Positions 1-10,187 of a stretch of 41,879 nucleotides of DNA are shown here, in pieces (positions within the stretch are counted from its first letter, which is position 1; the number at the start of each line of letters is the position of its first letter). The position numbers and the translations under genes are program-made. The DNA is from Chiloscyllium plagiosum (lineage: Eukaryota): positions 47,822,093 through 47,863,971 of the forward strand of contig NC_057719.1 in assembly GCF_004010195.1 (NCBI RefSeq), written 5' to 3'. Under the pieces are notes generated by a model. That model saw only the letters and a list, made by a program, of their open reading frames with translations, searched no databases and had not been told where the DNA came from.

Positions 1-273
1 TAACACATCCCGAGCATGTAAGAGACTTAAATATACACCCTGGTTAGTTGTAGTTTAGATTAGTAGATAGTTGAGTTTTGTCTGTTTGTTCTTTTTTGTT
101 GTTTTTTTTTTCGGGTTTTTTTTTTGTTGTTTTGTTTTTTTTTGTCAAATTTTGGCTATTGTATATTTGAGCTAATTGTATATCAATGTTTATATCTGAG
201 AGTTTTGTTTATTTTTGTAAACTTGTAAAAATGTTAAATTTCTAATAAAAATATCTATATAATGAAAAAAAAA
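1..273 (+). mobile_element. 3' UTR and poly(A) tail of a LINE, probably L1/Tx1-like, abutting the R2 fragment
   Basis: T-rich tract, AATAAA at 244-249 and an A-run at 265-273, at the point where the R2 frame ends. Family assignment is inference. Confidence 0.5.
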
Positions 274-1797
274 TGCTCAATTTTATTTTTAATTTTTGTA
301 TTAAACCTTTCCTCTTTAATTTATTTTCTATCTTTCTTTTTAAATGATTGGTTTATAATCTCTTCCATAATTTAAGTATAATCATTTGTCAAAACCTGTT
401 TGTTTTTACTTATACTATCCTCAATAATATTTATTAATTCCAATGTGGATTTATTAATCGAATTTGTATTTCTCTCTCCCCTATAATTACCTACATTCCT
501 ATTTTCATTCAAAATTCCTTTGACTAATAATCTTCTCATGTCGGATATTTGCTTAGGGGTTTTAGTATCTAATCTTTCAGCGATTAATTTATTAATATTT
601 CTATGATCATTGAACTCCTTTTCGAATCTCTTTAACAATTCTACTTTGGAGCTGGACCAAACTCCTTGTCTACTTTTACTAGACTTTCCATGAGGACTAC
701 CTTAAATTCTCTTAACATTTCTTACCATGGGATGCATGTGTCTCTCATGCTGTCCCAGCCCAATGGACGTAGTAAATTTTAGTGGACATGATTCACGTTG
801 GAAAATATTATCTTCCCTGCTAACTTCTTTCTTACCCTTACATTTGACATAGTGACATGCAACCGCATGATAACTACTTTCCTAATCACATTTAACACAC
901 CTGACTCTAACCAATTTTATCCCCTTACATTGGTTCAGATGTTCATGAAATTGACCAGTCGTATTATAGATATTCTGCCAAAATTGGCATATAAAATTGT
1001 CTGTAGAATATTTAATAATTATATCTATTTTACAATTATTTTGTATAGTTGTAGTAATAACCGTAGCTTGTACAATCTCATTCTCTTGTTCTCTACTTAG
1101 ACTAAAATCGAAGGGCCCTTTAAAATTCAAGTTAAAAAATGTCTGATTGTCAAGAAGACAAGATCTGTGAGGGGCCATCTCACTAGATCTTTCAACTCGA
1201 CTCTCTCCACACTCGGCACCAAAACTGGTTACCTTGTGCCTGCCAGAGGGCAGCCGTGCCGAGAGTACTCTGAGGGTCTCATCCATTTGCGTAGAGATGG
1301 ACGATCGTTTCCTTGCTTGGCTAATGCATTTTGCACATGGAGCTGCCAAAAGCAACCGTGTGGGGCGGTTATTCTCCCGGTTTCCCACCCAACCAGAATT
1401 TAAAAAGTCTGACATAATCGCCCCTCTTCAAAAAAGGGTTTTACTCAAAATTGACCGTAGGTCACCAGCCATCTCATTTTTTCTAGGTCGTATTCACCGG
1501 CTTGGAAAGAGTAATACCATAGCAACAGAATAAACAGATTAAAACTATTCCCTGTAGTTAAATCTGACCCAGATAAAATCAAAGCTAAAATCAGAGCCAA
1601 TAAAACCCAGGTAAAAGCAGTTAAAATACCACTTATCCATTTATCGGGTTTCCTCTACCAAGCCGTTACCAGGGGGAACCACATGGAGGTTCAACCTACT
1701 TCGCAGCCGATAAAAATACGTAAAGACAACTGCGAAGGTGACTACACAGGCAGCCGTTGGGAGACCAACCAACAAAAAATCTGTAGTCACATCCCCA
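274..1797 (-). mobile_element. R2 non-LTR retrotransposon (A clade), 5' portion: 5'UTR with ribozyme plus N-terminal ZnF-ZnF-ZnF-Myb coding region; decayed
   Basis: ORFs 882..1415 and 372..638 are one reading frame broken by stops (882-884, 702-704, 372-374). Read-through gives FICQFWQNIYNTTGQFHEHLNQC / RCVKCD*ESSYHAVACHYVKC / FQRESCPLKFTTSIGLGQHERHMHPMVRN / VWSSSKVELLKRFEKEF..NINKLIAERLDTKTPKQISDMRRLL. These match the CCHH, CCHC, CCHH zinc fingers and Myb domain of vertebrate R2 proteins. Confidence 0.93.
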
Positions 1798-1798
1798 T
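1484..1798 (-). ncRNA. HDV-like self-cleaving ribozyme of the R2 5'UTR (probably inactive)
   Basis: Minus-strand pairings: P1 ATGGGGA 1798-1792 / TCCCCCT 1677-1671; P2 TAGGTTG 1698-1692 / CGACCTA 1490-1484; P3 ACC 1690-1688 / GGT 1680-1678 closing L3 TCCATGT; P1.1 GG 1670-1669; P4 CGGCTTGG 1665-1658 / CCAAGCCG 1505-1498; J4/2 GTGAA 1497-1493. Confidence 0.85.
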
Positions 1799-2150
1799 AA
1801 ACTGACTGGTGTGTAGTGCCAGGTTTACCTCCCTTTGATTTTGGTAACATCTTCAATCCTCTTGTCCTTATAGATCATCCTTGTACCGAAGGAGGATTTC
1901 AAGACCATGGCCAGCAACTCTTCATTTCTGCCCTGACTTCCCTCCTCGCTAGACTGAGTTACGTCTTTACCTCAGGTGGTACTAACCATCTTTGCACCCA
2001 CTTTTTTCTTTCTCACCTATTACCTGTCAACCTCATTTGCCAATGCTGTGGCAAATTGTTTTTTCTTGGTAAACGTTGAAGCAATGATTACATTCATTAC
2101 CTCAATGATTTCTACCGCCTCTACCAATGATGCCCATTTCTTGTGTACGA
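1799..2150 (-). mobile_element. Old CR1 LINE ORF2 fragment; the insertion site of the R2
   Basis: Minus strand gives degenerate EAVEIIEVMNVIIASTFTK and LAMVLKSSFGTRMIYKDKRIEDVTKIKG, then GGTAAACCTGGCACTACACACCAGTCAGTTTA, which resembles the CR1 KPGNYRPVSL motif and ends at the R2 5' junction. Confidence 0.65.
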
Positions 2151-2199
2151 CAGAGCCCCATAAACATCAATATGGAAATGACCAGATGATCTGTTTTTG

Positions 2200-2340
2200 T
2201 ACTGTAGATTGTGGGATAAATATGGACCAAGAGAGTGGGGGCAACTCCTTGATCTTCTTCAAAACAGTGACATTGGACCTTTTACATCCACAGCTAGGGC
2301 CTTAGTTTAACATCTCTTTTGAAAAATGACTCCGCCATTG
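2200..2340 (-). mobile_element. Deu-domain SINE fragment (DeuSINE/SacSINE1-like)
   Basis: aactccttgatcttcttcaaaacagtgacattggaccttttacatccac...gggccttagtttaacatctc resembles the reverse complement of the conserved Deu domain. Confidence 0.6.
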
Positions 2341-2865
2341 GAGTCCAACACCAGCATCTCCTCAACTCAAGTTAGTGTCAGCAATGCTAACTTGGTATTC
2401 CTTTGGTAGCATTAGCCTGAGCAACATGCTGCTTTAAACTTCTGTGCTGTATAGGAGGCCTTAGGAAAACACTTTGCAGACTGCATTACTATCCTGTTAA
2501 AGCCTGAATCCTTAATAAATCAGAAGTGCAGACTTCCAACTGAAGGCTCCTGATAATGAATGGCTCAGTGCTGGAGAACACTGGCAGTTCAGCAGTCTGG
2601 TGAGCAGTGTAGCCTCCAGGAGGGAAGTGTTACTCCATTTCGATTGGAGTCTGTCAGACTTTAACCTGAGGAGGGAGTGGTTTTACCTTATCAAAAAGCT
2701 TAATACCTTGAGTCTGGCAGACCACCTCCTGTCACTACTCAGGTGGATAGAAGAGTCTAGTTCCAACGTGGTCAAAATAATGACTGCAGATGCTGGAAAC
2801 CAGATTCTGGATTAGTGGTGCTAGAAGAGCACAGCAGTTCAGGCAGCATCCAAGGAGCTTCGAAA

Positions 2866-2900
2866 TCGACGTTTCGGGCAAAAGCCCTTCATCAGGAATA
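2866..2900 (-). ncRNA. Minimal hammerhead ribozyme core (PLE type)
   Basis: Minus strand CTGATGA-AGGGC-TTTT-GCCC-GAAAC-GTC. Confidence 0.7.
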
Positions 2901-3240
2901 AAGGCAGTGAGCCTGAAGCGTGGAGAGATAAGCTAGAGGAGGGTGGGGGTAGGGAGAAAGTAGCATAGAGTACAATGGGTGAGTGGGGGAGTGAATGAAG
3001 GTGATAGGTCAGGGAGGAGAGGGTGGAGTGGATAGGTGGAAAAGGAGATAGGCAGGTAGGACAAGTCCGGACAAGTCATGGGGACAGTGCTGAGCTGGAA
3101 GTTTAGAACTAGGGTGAGGTGGGGGAAGGGGAAATGAGGAAACTGTTGAAGTCCACATTGATGCCCTGGGGTTGAAGTATTCCGAGGCGGAAGATGAGGC
3201 GTTCTTCCCCCAGGCGTCTGGTGGTGAGGGAGCGGAGGTG

Positions 3241-3673
3241 NNNNNNNNNNNNNNNNNNNNNNNNNNNNNNNNNNNNNNNNNNNNNNNNNNNNNNNNNNNN
3301 NNNNNNNNNNNNNNNNNNNNNNNNNNNNNNNNNNNNNNNNNNNNNNNNNNNNNNNNNNNNNNNNNNNNNNNNNNNNNNNNNNNNNNNNNNNNNNNNNNNN
3401 NNNNNNNNNNNNNNNNNNNNNNNNNNNNNNNNNNNNNNNNNNNNNNNNNNNNNNNNNNNNNNNNNNNNNNNNNNNNNNNNNNNNNNNNNNNNNNNNNNNN
3501 NNNNNNNNNNNNNNNNNNNNNNNNNNNNNNNNNNNNNNNNNNNNNNNNNNNNNNNNNNNNNNNNNNNNNNNNNNNNNNNNNNNNNNNNNNNNNNNNNNNN
3601 NNNNNNNNNNNNNNNNNNNNNNNNNNNNNNNNNNNNNNNNNNNNNNNNNNNNNNNNNNNNNNNNNNNNNNNNN
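3241..3673. other. Assembly gap (N run)
   Basis: Run of N. Confidence 1.
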
Positions 3674-3692
3674 CCCTTCAGGCTCTCTGCCT

Positions 3693-3730
3693 TTATTCCT
3701 GATGAAGGGCTTTTGCCCGAAACGTCGATT
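3693..3730 (+). ncRNA. Minimal hammerhead ribozyme core (PLE type)
   Basis: CTGATGA (3699-3705), stem II GGGC-TTTT-GCCC, GAAAC (3719-3723), GTC cleavage triplet. Stem I pairing is weak. Confidence 0.7.
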
Positions 3731-3859
3731 TTGCCTGTCCTCGGATGCTGCCTGAATTGCTGTGCTCTTCCAGCACCACTGATCCAGAATCTGGTTTCCA
3801 ACATCTGCAGTCATTGTTTTTACCTCGTTGATGGAAACCGCAGAAAAGTCAGGCAAAAA

Positions 3860-5030
3860 ACAAGGCTGAAGCATTTGCAACCATTTTCAACCAGAAATGC
3901 CAAGTGGATAATTTATGTAAGTCTTCTCACCAGCACCACAGTGTGAATCTTCAGTTAATTCAATTCACTTCATTTGATACCAAAGAATGGCTGTAAGCAC
4001 TGAATTCTGACGAAGGCTACCGACTCTGACAACATTCCAGGATCAGCACCAAGACTTGGGCATTGAAATTAACTGCACAGCTCAGTTATCTACAAGATGC
4101 ACTGCATCATCTCATCAAGGTTCATTCAAAAGCACCTTTCACGACTGTGACCACTAGAAGGACAGAAGATTCATGTGAGTCTCACTGGATTAAAATTTCC
4201 CTCCAAGCCACATATCATACTGACTTGGAAGTGCAGATGTTTGTTGATTATTATACAATGTTTATCACCATTCACAATTCCTTAAATAAAGAAGCAGTCC
4301 ATGCCCTTTTGCCATAAGACCTGGTCAACATTCAGGTTTAGGCTGGTAAGTGAGTGACAAGAAACAGTCACAGTACACAACTGCCAGGCATTGACCATCT
4401 CAAGCAAGAGAGAATCTATCAATGTCCCCTGGGCATGTAATAGCATTATAATTCCTGAATCAACATCCTGGGAGTTACCGCCGACCAGAAACTGAAAAGT
4501 TTTCCACAGAAATACTGTGGTTACAAAAATATGTCAGAGGCTGAAAATTCTGCAGTGAGTACCATATTTCCTAACTAATGAAAGTCTGTTCCCCCACCTA
4601 CAAGGTACAAGGGAGTGTATTTGAATATTCTCAACATGCTCAGATAAGTGCAGCTTCAAATAACATTCAAGCAGCCTTGCATCATCAAACAAAAAGAAGC
4701 CTGCTCGAAACACTGAACCAAAATAATTCATAAAAACTATTTTGACAGCATCTATCAAACATTTCTGGATAATTCCCACCGCTTCGAAGGAGAGGGTAGC
4801 AGCTACATGGGAACACTATCAGCTGAATATTCTGCTCCAAGCTAGACACCATTCAGATTTGGAACTATATCATTGTCCCTTCATTGCCTTCACTAACTTA
4901 GAACATTCTTCCTAACATCAAATCATATAGAATCAAATCAAGAAGGTGACTGACCACTACTTTCAATCAGGCAATGTGGGATGGGCAATAGTAACAGCTG
5001 TGCCAGTGATCTCGCATCCCTTAACAAATA
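3860..5030 (+). mobile_element. Old LINE (CR1/L2 superfamily, second family), degenerate ORF2 plus 3' tail
   Basis: KAEAFATIFNQKC-like start, gacctggtcaacattcagg RT-region piece and 3' tail gggatgggcaata...catccc. The same tail recurs at ~18414-18522 and ~19800-19965. Confidence 0.6.
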
Positions 5031-5614
5031 CATTTATTTAAAAAGTACTTAAAAGTGAATGTCAACAGGATCAGTTGACACTATCACAATGAAAGGTCAA
5101 AAGCAATAACCCTGTTTCTTTCTTTGCAGCTGTTGCCTGACCTGCTGAGTATTTCCAACCTTTTCTGTGTTAATTGGTGATATCCTCCATGGTTGTCAAA
5201 TGCTGACATTCACTTACAGGCATTTGTGAAACCGTATTCCAGCAAGTTAGGAGTGGTCACAAACATACGTTTATTTACACCTTCAGTTCATTTGGAAAGT
5301 AAAAATATTCTTAATAACGCTGTTTAACATTTACCTATAGGAATATGGGGATTTACCAAAGAACATTACAAAAGGAGTGAATATGTTCTAATTCTGGCTC
5401 AAATACCTTTTTGTTACAGAACCTGAATCAACATCAATTTCAAAGCAATATATTTTTAAATGATGGAAAGAACAAAAATTCTGAAAGTGGTCATGAATTA
5501 CTTATCATTTTACATTATTGTGTTTTTATATTTACAAATCTAGTCCGGCCTTAGATTTCTTCTTGGATTCATTGCATAATTTGCTCTTGTAATTGATGTG
5601 GACATTTATTTATG

Positions 5615-6470
5615 GAAACATAGAAATTAAGAATATAAGGCCATTTGACCCATTGAGCCCACTCCAGCATTCAACGTAATCATGCTGATCCCCTCTTAAT
5701 GCCATACTCCTGCTGTCTCTTTAAACCCTTGATGCATTTAGCTTCTAGAAATCTATCTTTTTTTTCTTAAATGTGTTTGATGACTTGGCCTCCACATCCT
5801 TCCATGGCAGAAAACTCCATTGGTTTAACATTCTCTGATAAAGAAATTTCTCTTTAGCTCAGACTAAAATGTATTAATGTTGAATTTCAACATGATCAGC
5901 TCATATCAGTCTCTCATCTCGCATATCCTGAAACGGTCACTTCTAGTTTTACTACCAGCCAGGAGAAACACCTTCCCTGCATCTGTGTCCAGTTCTGTCA
6001 GAATTTTACACATTTCAATAAGGTCCTGTTTCATTCTTCTAAACTCCAATGATTACAGCAAGATCTAATCTCCTTTCAAATCACAAAACTGCCATCCCAG
6101 AAATAAGTCCGGTGAACCTTCACTACATTTTTTTGGAAATAGATCTTTTCTTCCATAAGCAGACCAAAACCGCACACAATACTCCAGTTGCGTTCTCACC
6201 AAGGGCCCTGTACAGCTATAGTAAGACCTCCTAGCTCCTGTATTCAAACACCCTTTGAATCAAAGCCTACATACCACTTGTCTTACCTGCAAACTGCATG
6301 CGTCCTTACAATGATTGATGTGCAAAAGCACCCCTTTGTACATCAACATTTCCCAATGAATAACTGTTTAAATTATATTCTGCCATTCCGAAGTAGACAA
6401 CATTTGTCCACATACTACATCTGCTGACTCATTCACCTTGTCTAAATCATCCTGAAGCCTTTTTACGTCC
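5615..6470 (-). mobile_element. Old CR1 LINE 3' fragment
   Basis: Minus ORF 6065..6247 contains LVRTQLEYCVRFWSAYGRKD (CR1 ORF2 C-terminal motif); CR1 tail aaggccatttgaccc at the left end. Confidence 0.8.
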
Positions 6471-7556
6471 ACGGGTCCTTATCAACTTATGGAGTTGACT
6501 TTTCTCCAAATGGCTGCTCCCAGGATTGAATCCCAAGCATTTTGGATGCAGTCAGAAGGCAAATATGCATCAGCATTCATGCATTTTGAGCATAGGTTGG
6601 ATACACAGGTTCCAACACTGATCTGTAGATTAGAACATTAGAGTTTAAAATTAACATAGACGTCCATCTCAATAATAGGTATAAAACAGATGAGTCATAT
6701 TCACTTGACAAATGCCAGTCAGATATTTCTAACATTGAAATTATTTTAACAAAAGTAATGTGCTTCTCTTTATTTACTCTTTTCATTTTCTCCCCACCTT
6801 TTACCGGAGAGGGCAAACAGGACTATGTTTAGGTTCTGAATTGAGAACAATATAGTACTTGAATTTCTGCAATCAAAGGAAACTTGCACGCTTCATATTG
6901 GTCTACTTTTTTTCACTTCTCAGCCTTCTGATTTCTCTTCCATTTTGTCAGCTTTTCTGGCTTCCATTTCAAATTTGCCCTGGTCTAATCCACCACCTCA
7001 GCTACTCACCTGTTGTCTGAAAAATGGAAAGTACTGGATATAATCAGCAGGTTAGGCTGCATTTGTGAAAAAAATGTAACGTTTGATTGATCTTCATAAG
7101 TACACTATTTCTTGAATATACTGGGTGATTTGTTTAATTATATTTACATTATGTTAATATCACTAAAAGTTAGCTTATGTTTGGAAGCAGTTTAAGGAGC
7201 GTCCCTCTCTTTTGTATATATGTCTTTTCCTCTTTGATGTGTAATTTCACCCTTACAGACGCTGACTGACATGACGGTGTTTCCAACATTTTCTGCTTTG
7301 ATTTAGTCCAAAATATTAGGTTGCCTACGTCTTCTCAATAGATTTAAAAGATGCCATGTTGGTACCATTTTATAAACTGCTCAGTCCATTTGTATGGAAC
7401 ACTCGTGATTTACATTTATCAGAGACTGTGTAGCATTTTCCAAACAAGTAGACTGAACAGAACGCGAAAGTTTGATGAAGAACCAGATCAAGCCAGACTT
7501 TAAACAAACAGGACAGTCCTTTCTCCGTTCACAGCACCATTTAATACCATCAGTCC

Positions 7557-7943
7557 AACATCGGAGGCCTCCTCAGCGCGCAGCGCCCTGGGACATCGGA
7601 AGTCTCCTTAGGCACAGCATCCTGGGATATCGGAGGCCTCCTCAACGCGCAGCACCCTGGAATATCGGAAGTCTCCTTCGGCACCGCATCCTGGGATATC
7701 GGAGGCCTCCTCAGCGCGCAGCACCCTGGGATATCGGAAGTCTCCTTCGGCACCGCATCCTGGGATATCGGAGGCCTCCTCAGCGCGCAGCATCCTGGGA
7801 TATCGGAAGTCTCCTCAGGCACAGCATCCGAGGATATCGGCAGTCCGATATCAGAAGCCTCCTCAGCGCGCAGCATCCTGGGATATCGACAGTCCGATAT
7901 CGGAGGCCTCCTCAGCGCGCAGTACCCTGGGATATTGGCAGTC
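7557..7943. repeat. GC/CpG-rich minisatellite with a 69-bp unit made of two related 34-35-bp halves, about 5 units
   Basis: Alternating GGGATATCGGAGGCCTCCTCAGCGCGCAGCACCCT and GGGATATCGGAAGTCTCCTTCGGCACCGCATCCT; gives the 23-aa periodicity in ORF 7472..7954. Confidence 0.95.
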
Positions 7944-7949
7944 TTGTGG

Positions 7950-8146
7950 CCTAAAGTGCGGGAGGAGTGGCAGTGTTGTTGGAGGTATCGGCGGTAATAA
8001 CAGCAGCAGTGTTGGGTGGCTGTAAACCGAAAAAAAAAGCACTCTGGGTGTGAAGCCCAGGAGGGGTATTGCTAGTCCCGGTCCCTCCTATGAATTCTAA
8101 ATCCGATTCCGAGGGACCGGTACAAGGCTCGATATCCCGAATCCAG
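7950..8146 (+). other. Putative first exon of the host gene (start approximate)
   Basis: Unique sequence within the CpG island ending in a consensus donor CAG|GTGAGT; ATG at 8090 is open to the donor. Confidence 0.6.
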
Positions 8147-9985
8147 GTGAGTTTTTCCTTTTTTTTTCCGCCACGTCCCGGGTGTGAGCGGCCCAGGGTT
8201 TGGGGGCGGGGTGCGGTTGACCTGTGATTTTTGCGTCCGAGTCGAGTTTAACGCGTTTAATCGGATGCCTTTAAACCTTTGAACGTGGGAAGCTCAGAGG
8301 TAGGCCGCAGCCTCGGGTTCTGTTGTCAGTAAGTTCCCGCCTGTTGGTAATTGGACTGTGCGGCAGTTTATGGGGCCAAGAGTTTTTATTTGCCTCTTCT
8401 TGCCTGTGACCGGAACGGTAGCTGTCATTGACATACTGAGGGAAATACTGAACCCCGAATGTCGATCCAAATATCTAGAGGTCAATAGCTGCAAATGTTT
8501 TATAGCCAAATTCAGGCCAAACCTTTCTAATTTGATCAGAGTTCGTTCCAACAGCCTCTCCTAGCCTCTCTTTGTACATTTCGTACATAATTTCCTACAT
8601 TCTGTTCCACTTTATTTGGCCTTATAATTACCAATTTAAGAACTGTATACGATCTAATTCTGCAATAAGAAATATTCTGTTGTTGCTAGAGTTATGTAGG
8701 TGTTGGTGCTAATTTGATAACATTGCACCTCTTCATGCTGAACTGGATGTTCTCAGTTTAAGTTATGGTGAGGGAAACTAGAAGATCCTTCCTTATCAAT
8801 CTTCCATGCCCACTGTACAGTGTCTGATTTGTTGAGAAGAAATGTTCATGTGTTACTGGAACTAAATGTGCTCTTGTTACTAAAATTGTTTAAAAAAAAA
8901 ACCACCCTATGCAGTGTTTGATTGGGCATTTTTTCTGTTGGTGATGTTTTGTGGAGTGTATTCTATGTAGTCAACAATTGTGTGTTTGCACTTTTGCCTC
9001 TAGTTTAAGAGTTTGTAAATTCAAAGCTTAGGTTACATGTTAAAACATGGTGCGTGTTGTCATTCAGTTTGAGAGTGTTAACATAGGATGTTAGGTCCTA
9101 TAGCACTGTTCAAAAAGCCGTTGGCTAGGTCACAACATTCTTTTCTCTTCCAACATCACCAAAAAAAACCTGGTTATTCATTCATATTTGGGATTGTAGG
9201 TGAAGTCTGGCAGTTGCATTTGCCAACACAAGTCACTGAAAATAGTTGAGTAAATCTTGACAGCTTGTGACAATATGTTCTACTATAGTGAGATGTTGCA
9301 AATCTAGTTGCGTTCTCACTGGATATTTGAGATTTGTGGACGAGCTGGAGTCATTGGATAATGGTGAGGAGTTGTAATTCTTGATTTTTAAAATCTTGCA
9401 CATAGAGATCAATGTATCTATAGTGTAATTTGTTTGTGAGAATGCACAATTTTGAAGAATATCAGATTATTCGGGATGTGAAATGTTTGATTTGAAATCA
9501 AAACATTCAAGGTTGAAATGCTATTATTACATTGCACTGACAACTGAAATTATATTAGTTCAGCTCTGAGAAGCTGTAGCCACAGCATGTTGTAATAGTG
9601 TACAAGTGGCAAGAAACTGATATATATTCACTGGAAACAAGACCCACCTCAAGATTTTTTTGCTACTTCATGAGAGTATGATGCACTGACATCCACTGCT
9701 GAACAGTATTAGAAAATATGGATATTCAGGAAGATGCTGGTTTGTTGCTATTCTGCTGTGACAGCAGTTTTTGCATACTGGCTGTTGTATTTTATCTATG
9801 TGTAGAGAAAGCAAGGAGACAGAAATATCATGGACATATGCAAATATATTCTTTTGCCTGTATAGAGTCATAGAGATGTACAGCACAGAAACAGACCCTT
9901 CAGTCCAGCTCGTCCATGCCAACTAGATATCCTAAATTAATCTCATCCCATTTGCCAACACTTGGTCCCTATCCCTCTAAACCCT

Positions 9986-10187
9986 GGAGGAAGTGAGGAC
10001 CGGAGCTGCTGGAAATCAGAGTCAAGAGTGTGGTGCTGGAAAAGCATAGCAGGTCAAGCAGCATCCAAAGAATAGGAGAATTGACATTTCAGGCAAGAGT
10101 CTTTCAGCTGAAGGGCTCTTGCCCAGAGCGTCAATTCTACTGCTCCTCAGAAGCTGCTGTGCTTTTCCAGCACCACACTCTTGTCTC
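9986..10187. mobile_element. ~200-bp palindromic PLE-derived mini-element with a 14-bp TSD
   Basis: Arms aagagtgtggtgctggaaaagca / tgcttttccagcaccacactctt; degenerate hammerhead ctgaagggctcttgcccagagcgtc at the centre; TCCCTCTAAACCCT duplicated at 9972-9985 and 10188-10201. Confidence 0.8.

Larger units (their letters stand above)
2764..3830. mobile_element. Penelope-like element derivative with ~155-bp inverted termini, each carrying a hammerhead core; spans an assembly gap
   Basis: 2764-2917 is the reverse complement of 3675-3830. The internal minus strand encodes TTRRLGEERLIFRLGILQPQGINVDF, typical of the C-terminus of the PLE GIY-YIG endonuclease. Confidence 0.85.
7550..8480 (+). promoter_or_regulatory. 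CpG island / probable promoter of an unidentified + strand gene
   Basis: Dense retained CpG in an otherwise CpG-depleted window, GC box GGGGCGGGG at ~8203-8211, and a strong splice donor CAG|GTGAGT at 8146/8147. Confidence 0.75.

Noticed and set aside
1828..1834. Alternative ribozyme P1 5' strand AGGGAGG pairing with TCCCCCT
   Set aside because: It pairs equally well (6/7) but lies in the flanking CR1 KGG..KPGNYRPVSL-like coding remnant; 1798-1792 coincides with the element boundary.
1799..1850. 28S rRNA target sequence upstream of R2
   Set aside because: Only chance similarity (GGGAG.TAA); no CTATGACTCTCTTAAGG and no rDNA anywhere in the window.
2933..3946. Long ORFs of 176-315 aa
   Set aside because: Artefacts of reading through the N gap.
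7472..7954. 160-aa repetitive protein, or a CRISPR-like array
   Set aside because: The ORF arises from a 69-bp (multiple of 3) tandem repeat; there are no unique spacers or cas genes, and the context is eukaryotic.
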